The notes below the pieces were generated by a model. That model worked only from the letters and a program-made list of their open reading frames with translations, had not been told where the DNA came from and searched no databases. This document shows, in pieces, positions 39,068 through 49,330 of a stretch of 64,000 bases of DNA. Both the position numbers and the translations under genes were made by a program. The DNA lies in NCBI GenBank assembly GCA_019057385.1, contig JAHQJS010000006.1, positions 384,001 to 448,000 of the forward strand, read 5' to 3'. This DNA is from Candidatus Borrarchaeum weybense. GTDB taxonomy: Archaea > Asgardarchaeota > Sifarchaeia > Borrarchaeales > Borrarchaeaceae. The stretch's first letter is position 1, and every line of letters begins with the position of its first letter.

Positions 39068-40243
39068 ATGTATAGCGGTTTAGAGGGGAGTCCAAGAATG
39101 GGATTTAGATTTTTTCAACCAAAAGAAAGTATATGTCAAATATGCGGTTCAAAAAGTGTTGAAATATCCGAACTCTTAGGTATTTGTGGTGATTGTATAA
39201 GAGAAAATCCACCATCTTCACTTCCTTTTATAAAAATGGCACATAAAGAAGCAAGAATGCCTTATGGTCTACCCGCTGATCCGCCAAAAACCCCTAATGG
39301 AATTAAATGTAACTTCTGTTCTAATGAATGCTCTTTAGGAGAGAATGAGGTAGGTTACTGTGGAATACGTAGGAATGAAAATGGGCGTTTCACAAAGGTT
39401 GGAACTGAATATGCACTTTACCATGCTTATTTAGATTCCCATGTAACTAATTGTTGTGCAGCATGGTTTTGTCCAGCAGGTACAGGTAATGGATATCCTA
39501 AATATGCATATCGTGAAGGACCTGAACAAGGATATTCTAATTTAGCAATATTTTGTTATGGATGTAATTTTAATTGCCTATTCTGCCAGAATGCGTCTCA
39601 TAAAGAACTTCCAAAGCACATGATGAATATAGAAGATTTCGTAAAAGTTGTCAGAAAAAATGAACAAATTAGTTGTATATGTTTCTTTGGAGGCTCTCCT
39701 GAACCACAATTGCCATTTGCCCTTAATGCATCTAAACGTGTTTTAGAATTAAAGAAAAAGATATTACGGATTTGCTGGGAATGGAACGGATGTGGTAACT
39801 CGTCCTTTGTAAAAAAAGCAGCCCAACTTTCTCTTGAAACCGGAGGAAATATAAAATTCGATTTGAAAGCAGCCACGCCCTCTCTGAGTTTAGCCCTCTC
39901 TGCAGTCGATAATACGAAAGCCTTCGAAAATTTCGAAATGATAGCAAAAGAGTTTTATAATGAGCGTCCAAACTTACCTCTCCTCATGGCCTCCACCTTA
40001 CTTGTGCCGGGGTATGTAAGTGCTGCAGAAGTAGAGCAAATCGCACTATTTATATCGGAAATAAATCCAGATATCCCCTATTCCCTTTTGGCGTTTTATC
40101 CTGCGTTTAAAATGATGGATTTACCCCCAACCTCTAAGGTCCAGGCATCAGAATGCTATCACATTGCTAAGAAATACCTTAACAGGGTAAATATAGGAAA
40201 TTTGCATATCTTGGGTATTAAAGCACAAAATGAATTACTATGA
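39068..40243 (+). CDS. Radical SAM protein (PFL-activase/PflX-like) with N-terminal Zn fingers
   Basis: GCNFNCLFCQN, FGGSPEP, KFDLKA. Confidence 0.9.
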   Translation: MYSGLEGSPRMGFRFFQPKESICQICGSKSVEISELLGICGDCIRENPPSSLPFIKMAHKEARMPYGLPADPPKTPNGIKCNFCSNECSLGENEVGYCGIRRNENGRFTKVGTEYALYHAYLDSHVTNCCAAWFCPAGTGNGYPKYAYREGPEQGYSNLAIFCYGCNFNCLFCQNASHKELPKHMMNIEDFVKVVRKNEQISCICFFGGSPEPQLPFALNASKRVLELKKKILRICWEWNGCGNSSFVKKAAQLSLETGGNIKFDLKAATPSLSLALSAVDNTKAFENFEMIAKEFYNERPNLPLLMASTLLVPGYVSAAEVEQIALFISEINPDIPYSLLAFYPAFKMMDLPPTSKVQASECYHIAKKYLNRVNIGNLHILGIKAQNELL

Positions 40244-40285
40244 AAAAAAGAAGCCTCTTGTAGAAACTACCAACCTTACAATTAT

Positions 40286-41020
40286 TTATAAAACAGCGGA
40301 ATGGTTGATAACATTCCACATTTTATAATAATCATCAATCTTTCCGTTGGCGGAAAGACCAGCCTTAAGGTTATCGGGCTGTGCGCTCGTCACCGAGTTC
40401 AACACATGCTTCATTACTACTGTTTTTTTCAGTATTTCAGCAGTCTTGAAGGACGTTATCCCGCTATGCTTGAAGAGTTTATGGATCTGTGACCAGCTAC
40501 GGTAAGGACTACCCTTTTTCAAATGAGGTTCTATGTACTCCTCAACTTGTGAGAGCACCCAATCGTAGATGGCTGGAAATGCTTCCTTAAACCCTAGCCC
40601 TCTTCGAGCTATTACATAACTTGCGAAGTGATGGACTGTCAAATTATGTAATCCTGAATATTTGTAGTTCCCAATGAGGGAGGTATATCCTGGAAATACT
40701 TTTCGAAAGGACACACCGCGCTTTTTGCATTTTCTCTCTAATAATTGCAAGGCGGTGGTCTTCAAATTGCTCAGTTTTCGGTTGCGTGTTGTATTATAGG
40801 AAAATTCTTGCTCTAATTGTAAATCTTCAACTACAATTCCTTTACCTTTATTGATGCAATAATTGACGACTTTATCCATTTTATAGGAGATATAATCATT
40901 ACGTTTATCTGTTCTATAGCTGTGAAGATTGCCAAATGATATTTTGCGATAGGAAAGCAATGTGCCGTTCTGATTCACGTTTGTTAACGCCACAAAATTA
41001 TAATTAAAATCTAAGCCGCT
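40286..41020 (-). pseudogene. tnpB: 5'-truncated TnpB-related protein (Zn-finger-less YTSxIG subfamily)
   Basis: Frame starts right after a stop at SGLDFN (RuvC-I); IVVEDL; PGYTSLIG.YKY; HHFASYVIARRGLG; N-terminal half missing. Confidence 0.75.
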
Positions 41021-41255
41021 TTACTTCACTTCATTTATAAAGACATAATTTTGCTTATAAAGAAATAAGTTTTTTTCAACGTTGTGTCTTAAGTTTAGGG
41101 TTTTTTACGTTCAATAACGGAAGACCGAAGGCTTTATCTTATTTTTAAAAGAAATAACAAATCTTTCTTACCTTAATTATTTTGAATTAATCATTACACA
41201 GTTTCAGCGTTATATAAAATCTCTTTCAACGCTATGCTATAACATTCTACCGTCA

Positions 41256-41471
41256 TCAGGATTCATAACGACTACCGACTGTCTTCCTTCTTGTTATTCC
41301 AATATAAATCTGATTTGCTGTTTCAAAGTTTTGATTGAAAACCTCATGGTGACCCATCAAGACGTTATCGATAATACTCACTGCCTTTTCCTTCAAAAAT
41401 AACTCACAAAGGATTTTATAAGGTTTAAAGAATCCATTCCATTTCTCTGGCTTATAGACTTCATTCATCAA
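41256..41471 (-). CDS. Hypothetical protein or gene remnant
   Basis: 71 aa, AGGTGA upstream; no motif. Confidence 0.3.
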   Translation of the reverse strand: MMNEVYKPEKWNGFFKPYKILCELFLKEKAVSIIDNVLMGHHEVFNQNFETANQIYIGITRRKTVGSRYES

Positions 41472-41853
41472 CAGTCACCTTTATTATTTTCCTCATAGAC
41501 TAACAGCACCGCTTAAAAAATGCACTGAGCACATTTATTCCAATAATATAATTTGTAAAAAATTTAAAATGAGTTTTGAATTGTGCAATTCTTTTCAAAC
41601 GAGTTTTCTTAATAAAGAAATATAAATAACAAAAATTCTGTTGTCATATTCTATCTTCAAACGTAAAATATCACCAGGGACAAACAAATACTCTTTTTGA
41701 AGCACAAGTTAACACAGATTTGATTTAATACATAAATCTGTTAAACTGCTAAATTTTTGTTTTAGTCCGCACTGAACGATAGTTTTAAATACAATATACT
41801 TATTGTTGCCTTGAGATTTTTTTCATCCTATTTTTAATTTTGTCTTCCCTTCG

Positions 41854-42180
41854 GTGACAATTGTGACAGAACAACGTAAGGAGCTTCCAATTCCATTTCC
41901 AGCGTCCCCAGAGGAAATTACAGTTGGCCCAGGACATCTTACGAAATATGAAAAGAGTAGAATAATCGGTGCGCGTGCATTACAACTTTCCATGGGCGCA
42001 CCCATCCTTGTAGATTCTGAAGAAGCTCTTGACCCGATTATTATTGCAGAACACGAGTTATTAAGTAATGTATTACCCCTTACAATTCGAAGATATCTTC
42101 CTGATGGTAGATGTCAGGATATCCCGCTGCGAATTCTGCGAAGCTCTCCATTTCTGCTGGAAAAAGAAAACGATCAGTAG
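41854..42180 (+). CDS. rpoK: DNA-directed RNA polymerase subunit Rpo6/K
   Basis: [22 protein letters not shown]...[12 protein letters not shown]. Confidence 0.95.
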   Translation: MTIVTEQRKELPIPFPASPEEITVGPGHLTKYEKSRIIGARALQLSMGAPILVDSEEALDPIIIAEHELLSNVLPLTIRRYLPDGRCQDIPLRILRSSPFLLEKENDQ

Positions 42181-42280
42181 TAACATCTTTTCTTATTACA
42201 CATTTCCTGGAATAAAAAACGATTTTAGGACCATTCATGGATATTCATCACCACTCTTCTGTGCAAAAACTATATAAAAA

Positions 42281-42330
42281 TAGCTGCTTTCATCCCCCAC
42301 CTGTCAGAAGGGGACTTCCTGCCGATAATG
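42281..42330 (-). mobile_element. Isolated IS200/IS605 left end
   Basis: TTAA|cattatcggcagg-AAGT-ccccttctgacaggtggggg-atgaaagc, closely matching the left end at 51748. Confidence 0.65.
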
Positions 42331-42389
42331 TTAAATACTAATTCAGTTAGTTTTTTCATAGAGAAAAAAATGGGGTTAAGTGCATCAAA

Positions 42390-42734
42390 ATGGCTCGATC
42401 TATTTGCCCTTTCCTTTATAATCACGGACAAGGCTATGTTTGTAGAGCGCTAAACTCACAATATATTCATGATGATGATGCAAAGAATATTTGCAGCAAT
42501 GCTGAAGCATATATGTACTGCGTTCATTATTCACAAAGGAATAGACATATACATGACTTCCCAACTAATACAAAAAGGATGATCTGTCCAAAATGTAACT
42601 CTCAACAGGTATGTGAGACACTTTATTTGCTAAACAAAGAAACTCAAACATCTAGCGAATTTTTGGCTTATACTTGTGAAGTATGCGGGTACACTGAACT
42701 ATACAAATCCCATTTATTTCCAGATAATATTTGA
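42390..42734 (+). CDS. Double Zn-finger protein
   Basis: CPFL..C..C..CVHY and CPKCNS...CEVCGYTELY. Confidence 0.75.
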   Translation: MARSICPFLYNHGQGYVCRALNSQYIHDDDAKNICSNAEAYMYCVHYSQRNRHIHDFPTNTKRMICPKCNSQQVCETLYLLNKETQTSSEFLAYTCEVCGYTELYKSHLFPDNI

Positions 42735-42851
42735 TGTGTACGCCAATACTTTTCTTCTCTTTTTAGAAGTTTTGAAAATATGTTAAATAAAAAAAGTCAA
42801 ACAGAGAATTGCGATATTGTGATGTATTGAATCTTTTGAACTAATACTGTT

Positions 42852-44825
42852 CTATAGTATCTTTACCTTTACGTAATTGAAAATATGATCAATTATATTC
42901 TTATCAAGATCATCGCTGTTTTCTAAACTCTCCAAATAATTTTTTAGATCAACACACGTTTTATAAGTCGAAATTATAGGCAAATCGAATCTTATGTTTA
43001 GTTTTGAGATTATTAAGGCTCCTGCGTGAGTTTGGGAAAACCCTTGATATCTGATTGCCTTATATACCTTTGTTATTGCAGTTCGAAGTGAATCATCCAG
43101 TTCCTCTTTTTCTCTCCAGCGCACTAGTTTAATATCTCGCTCTAAGAAATCAACTGGATCTGTTAATTCAGGGCCTATTAACCCATTATTATATGGTGTG
43201 TGCATTACTAGAAATGAACGTTGTTCGGTTGAAATCTCAATTTTTGGTCTCGGAGCAACTTCTAAAATTATCTCACATAAACTTCTTTTTGAGATAAAAT
43301 CAAGTGGCTTTTCAAGTTCATCAAAAACAATTGAATAATCTTGGAATGCGTATTCTACTTCTAGTGAATCATCTTTATTGGATTCCAAGATTGGTAGTAC
43401 TTTGTTTAATGTACTAAATAGTTTTGTTTTTCCATTTCTAAGCAGGAAATAAGTTTCAGAACGAGATAATCTCTTCAATGCTGAAGAAATAGCTGTTGCA
43501 GCCTCTATTGGTTTTGTGTGAATATGATCATTAAGCCATTTATTCATTACAGGATATATGATCTCTTTAATAATCTTTATTCGTTCTTCTAGAAGTTGAA
43601 TCATTTTTTCTACAGATTTTTCGTATCCATCTAATACAGATCGCTCAAGGTTTGCAAGATCTCGAATATCTTGTTCTAACTCTTTAGCTAATGTTTTGCG
43701 CAAGTATTCAATCCATTGCCCTTCAGAAAGCGCAAAAGTGAATTCATGTGAATATATCGAAGGAACAGGCGCTCCAACAACATTTCTCCGTTTAAACTCA
43801 TCCATTATTTCTTCGCATGCCATTTGCGCATCTAAAATACCGTCTAATTCGATTTGATATGCGATCTTAGCTATACTAACTGGACAGTTATATTTTAAAG
43901 CAGTTTGTTCGGCAATGCGACCTGGCAATCTTTGAACTTTTGATTCCAAAGAGCCAAATTTATCTTCAAACTCTTTTGTGATTTCAGTTAAAGCAGTTAT
44001 TGTTAATTTATCTAACTCGCCCTCTTTATCCAATAATTTCTTTTGAGTTTTTAGCGTCTCAACTCTTCTCTTAAGCTCTTCTTCCAGTTTCTTCTTTGTT
44101 TCGAAATCTTCTTCTACGTCTCTTTCCACATCTCTTTCAAAATCTGCAAGAAAGGGGTATTCTTCGTCAATTAATTCTTCCCATGGTTTTACATGTTTAG
44201 GTGATACTTGTTCTAAAGCAAATCCACCAGCTATAGCGTACTCTGCAATCTGTCTAACCTTTTCTTGATCAATTCTTAAACTCTCTGCAATCTCCTTTAG
44301 AGGCCTTATGCCATCAATTAAGGCAATTACATCAATTCCTTCATTTCCAAAACGTTCGCTTATCTCTTTATTCTCTCTTGATGATGGTATCATAACTTTA
44401 AAAGTTGCTTTTGTTCTTTCTAATATTGTCTCTAGAGTTACTGTTTTGATGAGCCATTCTCTTATTAGCTTATCGAGTTTCTCATCGAAAGGTTTGAAAA
44501 TCTTCACATCTCCAGCCCATGTATTTATTCTATAACGATAATCTGCCAAAAATTCGCGTTTAACAAGATCTATGAATCCTTCTAACTTTTTCAAATCTAC
44601 ATTAATATCTGCTGCAATGACAAAAATAAGTCTAGGATTAAATGTGGATTCATACACAAAACGGACATCTTCAGCTACGATAGACTTGATTTTCAAATCA
44701 GCATATGTTAGAATTGCGGATTGAAAGCCTGAAATTAGGTCTTCATCAATTTCCGAATGTTCACTGAAGTCTTTGTGTACTAAGCATTGACCTGTATCCA
44801 AGATAATCCAGACACCATATTTCAT
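42852..44825 (-). CDS. Multidomain protein: longin domain + wHTH + coiled coil + unknown helical domain
   Basis: VWIILDTGQCLV..DEDLISGFQSAI..FVIAAD..FKPFDEKLD (longin); IDGIRPLKEIAESL; ATG at 44825 with GAGGT upstream. Confidence 0.75.
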   Translation of the reverse strand: MKYGVWIILDTGQCLVHKDFSEHSEIDEDLISGFQSAILTYADLKIKSIVAEDVRFVYESTFNPRLIFVIAADINVDLKKLEGFIDLVKREFLADYRYRINTWAGDVKIFKPFDEKLDKLIREWLIKTVTLETILERTKATFKVMIPSSRENKEISERFGNEGIDVIALIDGIRPLKEIAESLRIDQEKVRQIAEYAIAGGFALEQVSPKHVKPWEELIDEEYPFLADFERDVERDVEEDFETKKKLEEELKRRVETLKTQKKLLDKEGELDKLTITALTEITKEFEDKFGSLESKVQRLPGRIAEQTALKYNCPVSIAKIAYQIELDGILDAQMACEEIMDEFKRRNVVGAPVPSIYSHEFTFALSEGQWIEYLRKTLAKELEQDIRDLANLERSVLDGYEKSVEKMIQLLEERIKIIKEIIYPVMNKWLNDHIHTKPIEAATAISSALKRLSRSETYFLLRNGKTKLFSTLNKVLPILESNKDDSLEVEYAFQDYSIVFDELEKPLDFISKRSLCEIILEVAPRPKIEISTEQRSFLVMHTPYNNGLIGPELTDPVDFLERDIKLVRWREKEELDDSLRTAITKVYKAIRYQGFSQTHAGALIISKLNIRFDLPIISTYKTCVDLKNYLESLENSDDLDKNIIDHIFNYVKVKIL

Positions 44826-45165
44826 GAAAGTGAACCTCTTATATTTAACTACACGTAAGAGCAAAAATATTGCATATTCTTCTTCTTAATTGAACAACGA
44901 TTAGTAGCTACGAATCTTATTCAATCATTATTCTTAAATCCTGCGATTGTAAATAATTCAAATCCCCTAGCACCAAGATTTTTGCGCACGAAGGCAAATT
45001 TTAACACTAATGACTTAGATATCCCCTCATAGTAATACCTTAACAATGTATTTCTAAGAAACTAACGAAATACTCGTTTATTTGATTTTTCGGTACTTGA
45101 AACTAAATAAATGCTTAGAATTGTCCAATTTAAAGATTCTGAAAAAAATATCCGCAACCGCGTTG

Positions 45166-45214
45166 AATAATGAATGAGCCTCATTTGGTTCGCTAAATAA
45201 TGAATGAGCCCCAT
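45166..45214 (+). repeat. 19-bp direct repeat (1 mismatch, period 30) duplicating the 3' end of the adjacent gene
   Basis: aataatgaatgagcctcat at 45166 and aataatgaatgagccccat at 45196. Confidence 0.8.
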
Positions 45215-45459
45215 GTTGTCAGCGCGAAATGAAGACCGAAACCAATTGTGAGCGAGATCGCTAGAAGTCGAATTCCAAGACCTTTAAGAGTTATATCACG
45301 AGTGGTCTCAATATAGATAATGAAATTAACAACTAATAAACCACCTATAACTAATAGAATCCCTGCAATTATTCCATATCCGCCTTTAAGCCATCCAAGA
45401 AATTCAAGAAAAGTTGGTATATTTATTTCTGGTGGTCCTTCTTCCTGCATGAACAACAT
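45193..45459 (-). CDS. Small 2-TM membrane protein
   Basis: Two hydrophobic helices; GGTGA upstream. Confidence 0.65.
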   Translation of the reverse strand: MLFMQEEGPPEINIPTFLEFLGWLKGGYGIIAGILLVIGGLLVVNFIIYIETTRDITLKGLGIRLLAISLTIGFGLHFALTTWGSFII

Positions 45460-45610
45460 ATTTTTTCACCGAAATATTTCCTTTCTTTTAGGGTAGGTTC
45501 AATGAGCAATACTTCTTCTTTTAGTTTGTCCAGTAAACTTTTAAGAGTTGTTGCGAACATCTCTAATAGTGAGGCTTTAAGAAATTTTCCCTTTAAATGG
45601 TGTCTTCAAA

Positions 45611-46000
45611 ATGGCTAAAAAATTGAAATGTAAGAACTGCGGTAATACCTCATTTGAGGGTGTAAAACCTAATAAGACGTGGCAAATGTACAGCCCGCTC
45701 CCAGATAAAGCTGGGAATATCACTATTACCATAATGGGGTCGCTTACATGTCCTAGTTGTGGGAAAAATGTAAGAGGCGCTCTACGCACCATAAAAACTG
45801 ATCAAACTGAGGGTGGCACATATAAAAAGCGTGAAAACCTCTTAGAGGCTCTTGTTAGTGCAACTGATAAGATCGATTTAACAAAATTAAGTTCTGAGTT
45901 AGACATTGAACTAAATACCCTTAAAAAGGTCATAGAAGCCCATATCAAAAAAGGAAAGGTGAAAGGACAGGTAACTGATAATTCCTTTGTACCTAAATAG
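45611..46000 (+). CDS. Cren7-like (Zn-ribbon type) domain fused to a PCI-like winged helix
   Basis: CKNCG..KPNKTWQMYSPLPDKAGNITITIMGSLTCPSCGKNVRG; IDLTKLSSELDI...IKKGKVKG. Confidence 0.65.
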   Translation: MAKKLKCKNCGNTSFEGVKPNKTWQMYSPLPDKAGNITITIMGSLTCPSCGKNVRGALRTIKTDQTEGGTYKKRENLLEALVSATDKIDLTKLSSELDIELNTLKKVIEAHIKKGKVKGQVTDNSFVPK

Positions 46001-46168
46001 AGTGTCATCATTTTCTTAAATTGAATTTTTCGAAATGTAGCTAACTTTCGGAATTTTTTTTCTGGTACATTAAAGAAAGATATTTTAATAACAGAACATT
46101 TCCTATGGTGAAGCATAGGAGTAACAGAGATTTTTATCTAATCATATCTTTGTTAAATAAATCGAAAG

Positions 46169-46975
46169 ATGAAAGGGAAGCATGAAATGACAGAATTTAA
46201 CTTAAAGACAATTCAACAGATCCCTTCAGATATTGATAAATCAATTGTTTTAATAGGCATGCCTGGTATCGCAAGTGTAGGAAAACTATGTATATCATCT
46301 TTAATTAATGCTTTGAGCGCAACAAAAGTGGCAGAAGTTTTTTGCAGCGATTTTCCCCCACACGTGCTTGTAGAGCCAGATGGTCTTCTTTATGTTCCAC
46401 GAACTACAATTTACCATAGTAGACTTGAAGATGGTGGAACCAAAGATTTATTCTTAATCACTGGTGATTATCAACCTACAACCTCAATTGGTGTCTATGA
46501 GTTTGCAGATTACTTAGCAAAGAAGTGCGCAGAAGAATTCAAAGCCGAATTAGTCATAGCTACCGCTGCTTTTGTACGAGATAACTTAACAGAAATCCCA
46601 CATGTGTTCATTTCATCTACTTCTCAAGAAACACTTGATTCGTTTATTGAAGCAGATAAAGCAGAACTTTTTAAAAATGGGACTGTTACTGGCGCAAATG
46701 GTATTATCCCTGCAATGGCTGCGGCACTTTATGATGTAACTGGAGTTTGTTGCTTAGGAGAAACAGCTCCAGTCCTACAGTCAGATCCGCGTGCAGCGAG
46801 GGCTATAATTGAAGTTTTGAACCAAACCTTACACATTTCCAATGATGTAACAAACCTTACGCCTTTTCTTGATGAATTAATCAAAGAAATCGAACCGGTA
46901 TATAGAGAGGCAAAAAACAAATTGGACATGGATAAAATGCGTGATCGGACACGTGACCAGCCCTATATCTCTTAA
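46169..46975 (+). CDS. PAC2-family proteasome assembly chaperone
   Basis: GMPGIASVGK, DFPP.V, TGDYQP, GANG, CLGET, DPRAA; C-terminal PYIS. Confidence 0.9.
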   Translation: MKGKHEMTEFNLKTIQQIPSDIDKSIVLIGMPGIASVGKLCISSLINALSATKVAEVFCSDFPPHVLVEPDGLLYVPRTTIYHSRLEDGGTKDLFLITGDYQPTTSIGVYEFADYLAKKCAEEFKAELVIATAAFVRDNLTEIPHVFISSTSQETLDSFIEADKAELFKNGTVTGANGIIPAMAAALYDVTGVCCLGETAPVLQSDPRAARAIIEVLNQTLHISNDVTNLTPFLDELIKEIEPVYREAKNKLDMDKMRDRTRDQPYIS

Positions 46976-47227
46976 AACGCTAATATATATCTTTATGGAG
47001 ACTTTATTGCATCTCATCTATTTATTTTATGAGTAATTTGACTGTGCGCCCACTTTTCTAATTTTTGTTAAATAGATTACATACATTGAAATTTAGCAGC
47101 CCAATTCGATGTCAAATTACTTTTCGATATTATTATTTTTTCTAATATGTATTATCAGAAAAATTTTTAAAACCTTTATTTCAACGTCTTATTTGTAATT
47201 CAAAACTGCCAAAGAGGTTGTTATAAA

Positions 47228-47575
47228 ATGGGAACATTTACTGTAGTAATTTCAGAATCTCCTTATGGACGCGAGAAACCATATACTGCACTGAGATTCG
47301 CACTTTCATCTCTTGTTGATGAACATAATGTAAACCTGTTCTTAGTTCAGGACGGGGTATACGTCGGGTTAAATAAACAGTCACCTAAACAATACCCGAA
47401 TCATTTTAAACTCCTTAAGACGTTTTTGGAAGAAGGAGGAAAACTCAGAGTCTGTGGGGTTTGCATTGAGGCTCGTGGCGTTTCCCGAGAAGATTTAATT
47501 GACGGTGTAGAAGTCATCGGTATGCATGAATTTGTTGACTGGGTTGCTGAATCTGAAAAAGTCTTAATGTTTTGA
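47228..47575 (+). CDS. DsrE/TusD-family protein
   Basis: SPYGRE, FLVQDGV, CGVCIEARG. Confidence 0.9.
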   Translation: MGTFTVVISESPYGREKPYTALRFALSSLVDEHNVNLFLVQDGVYVGLNKQSPKQYPNHFKLLKTFLEEGGKLRVCGVCIEARGVSREDLIDGVEVIGMHEFVDWVAESEKVLMF

Positions 47576-47584
47576 GGTGATGGA

Positions 47585-47821
47585 ATGCACAATTCTGAGA
47601 CACAAGTCGATACCACTGGTCAGGCTTGTCCAGTCCCGGTACTTCGTACTCGGCGAGGATTAAAAGCGATTGAATCTGGTAAAATCCTAGAAATTATTGG
47701 AGATTTCTTTCCTGCGAAGAAAAACATCCAAGATTATGCTGAAAAACATGGACATGAAGTTATTGAGGTAATCGAGCCTGACGAGAATGGAGTTTATAAA
47801 ATTTTTATTAAGAAAGGATAA
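47585..47821 (+). CDS. tusA: TusA/SirA-family sulfur carrier
   Basis: DTTGQACPVP. Confidence 0.9.
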   Translation: MHNSETQVDTTGQACPVPVLRTRRGLKAIESGKILEIIGDFFPAKKNIQDYAEKHGHEVIEVIEPDENGVYKIFIKKG

Positions 47822-47868
47822 AGTTGTTTTAAGTGTAACTTGCTGAACTTTTTTTATTTTTCTATTTT

Positions 47869-48342
47869 CTATTTGCGGAGAGTTGATTTTAGTATAATTG
47901 GATGAAGAAATAAGTCTAAAGCGTGCGCTGGATCGGTAACCACGATATTCGCGTTATTAATTGTTTCAACAGCAGCTCCTTCTTTACCCATAACTGCAAT
48001 ACCTATTTTTGCTGCTTTAAGCATTTTACTATCATTAATTCCGTTGCCAACAGCAGCTGTGTTTTCTGCGCCTAATTTCTCTATTAATAGTCGTTTTTCT
48101 TCATCTTCTGGTAGATCAAGTGTTAGACGATGTGTTTCCACACTTAATTCTTTTCCTATATCTGCAAGATTTCCACGCGTATCTGCGCTTGCAATAATCA
48201 CTCTAACGCTATTTGCAAGTAGTTTCAATCGTGTTTTAACATTATCGCTAATTTGCCCAGTCATAGCTAATGTACCGTTGAGGTCAAAAACGATAGTACT
48301 AATACCAATTTTCCCAAGGCTAGGTATTTCTATTTCAATCAA
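47869..48342 (-). CDS. Soluble P-type-ATPase-like HAD hydrolase
   Basis: DLNGTLA, SADT, GNGIND, TLRK. Confidence 0.9.
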   Translation of the reverse strand: MIEIEIPSLGKIGISTIVFDLNGTLAMTGQISDNVKTRLKLLANSVRVIIASADTRGNLADIGKELSVETHRLTLDLPEDEEKRLLIEKLGAENTAAVGNGINDSKMLKAAKIGIAVMGKEGAAVETINNANIVVTDPAHALDLFLHPIILKSTLRK

Positions 48343-48361
48343 TTGATTTTCCTCTGACTAA

Positions 48362-49330
48362 TTACTCATTTTCAGCGATAGAATTCTTTACGTGCTCCCA
48401 AAAAGCCTCAACGAGCACTGGATACGATTCGTGTACTCTACGAACCATGAAAAGTTTCCTTCTATTTTCAATTGCTTTGAGCGGAATTATTTTGATGTAA
48501 TTCTCTGATTTTTTTGCTGCAATTGATGAAATCACGCTTATACCATATCCCCCGCTAACTGCAGTAATTACCGCTTCAGTACTTCCGAGTTCTAATACGC
48601 TTTGAAATTCGTCTATTGAAAGACCTGCAGTTTCCAAAATTCTTTCAGTTTCTTTTCGAGTTCCAGATGTTTTTTCTCTAGTGATAAGTTGATATTTTAC
48701 GAGTGTCTTTGGATCGACGGGAATGTTAGATGCCAATTCATGCTCTGGAGGAACAATCAATACGAGTTCTTCTTCCGCTATCGGAAACATTTCTACTTCT
48801 GCGTCATAGCCAACCAAACTTCCAACTGCTGCGAGATCTGATTCTTTCGCTAATAACTTCTCCAAACTTTTTCCGCTATCACTAAGATCTACCTCAAATT
48901 CAACGGTCGGATGTTCTGCTTTGAATATTGCCATGAACTTAGGCAATATGTGTTCCCCAGGGATCGTGCTCGTGGCGATACGTAAAGTGCCAGTTATTTC
49001 ACCTTTTAGTCTCTCGATATCTTCCTTAGTACGATTTAATATCGCAATAATTTCTCTTACACGTTCGAAAACTATTATGCCTGCCCGATTAAGGTTTTCT
49101 CCTTCGCTTACTCGCTCAATTTTGTCTTCACGCAGCCGCTCAACTTTGTAAAATAACTCTGCATTAAAGAATTTTTCAAGTGAGCCTATGTGATTAGAAA
49201 CAGTTCCTTGTGTTAGATTCAATTTCTCAGCGGTTCTTGAAAAACTTCCTCCCATCTCTACTAGTGTTAGAAATGTTTTCAATGCCCGAAGTCTTAGATC
49301 ATCCTTTGGTTCACGAGTTTTGGATTCCAT
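48362..49330 (-). CDS. LysR-family regulator (selenium-metabolism-associated type)
   Basis: SFSRTAEKLNLTQGTVSNHI; ATSTIPGEHILP; REKTSGTR; LGSTEAV. Confidence 0.85.
   Translation of the reverse strand: MESKTREPKDDLRLRALKTFLTLVEMGGSFSRTAEKLNLTQGTVSNHIGSLEKFFNAELFYKVERLREDKIERVSEGENLNRAGIIVFERVREIIAILNRTKEDIERLKGEITGTLRIATSTIPGEHILPKFMAIFKAEHPTVEFEVDLSDSGKSLEKLLAKESDLAAVGSLVGYDAEVEMFPIAEEELVLIVPPEHELASNIPVDPKTLVKYQLITREKTSGTRKETERILETAGLSIDEFQSVLELGSTEAVITAVSGGYGISVISSIAAKKSENYIKIIPLKAIENRRKLFMVRRVHESYPVLVEAFWEHVKNSIAENE

Noticed and set aside
47573-47587. The DsrE stop TGA is in frame with TusA (TGA GGT GAT GGA ATG), suggesting selenocysteine read-through
   Set aside because: The TGA falls at the normal DsrE C-terminus, not at a Cys position, and GAGGTGA is simply the TusA Shine-Dalgarno
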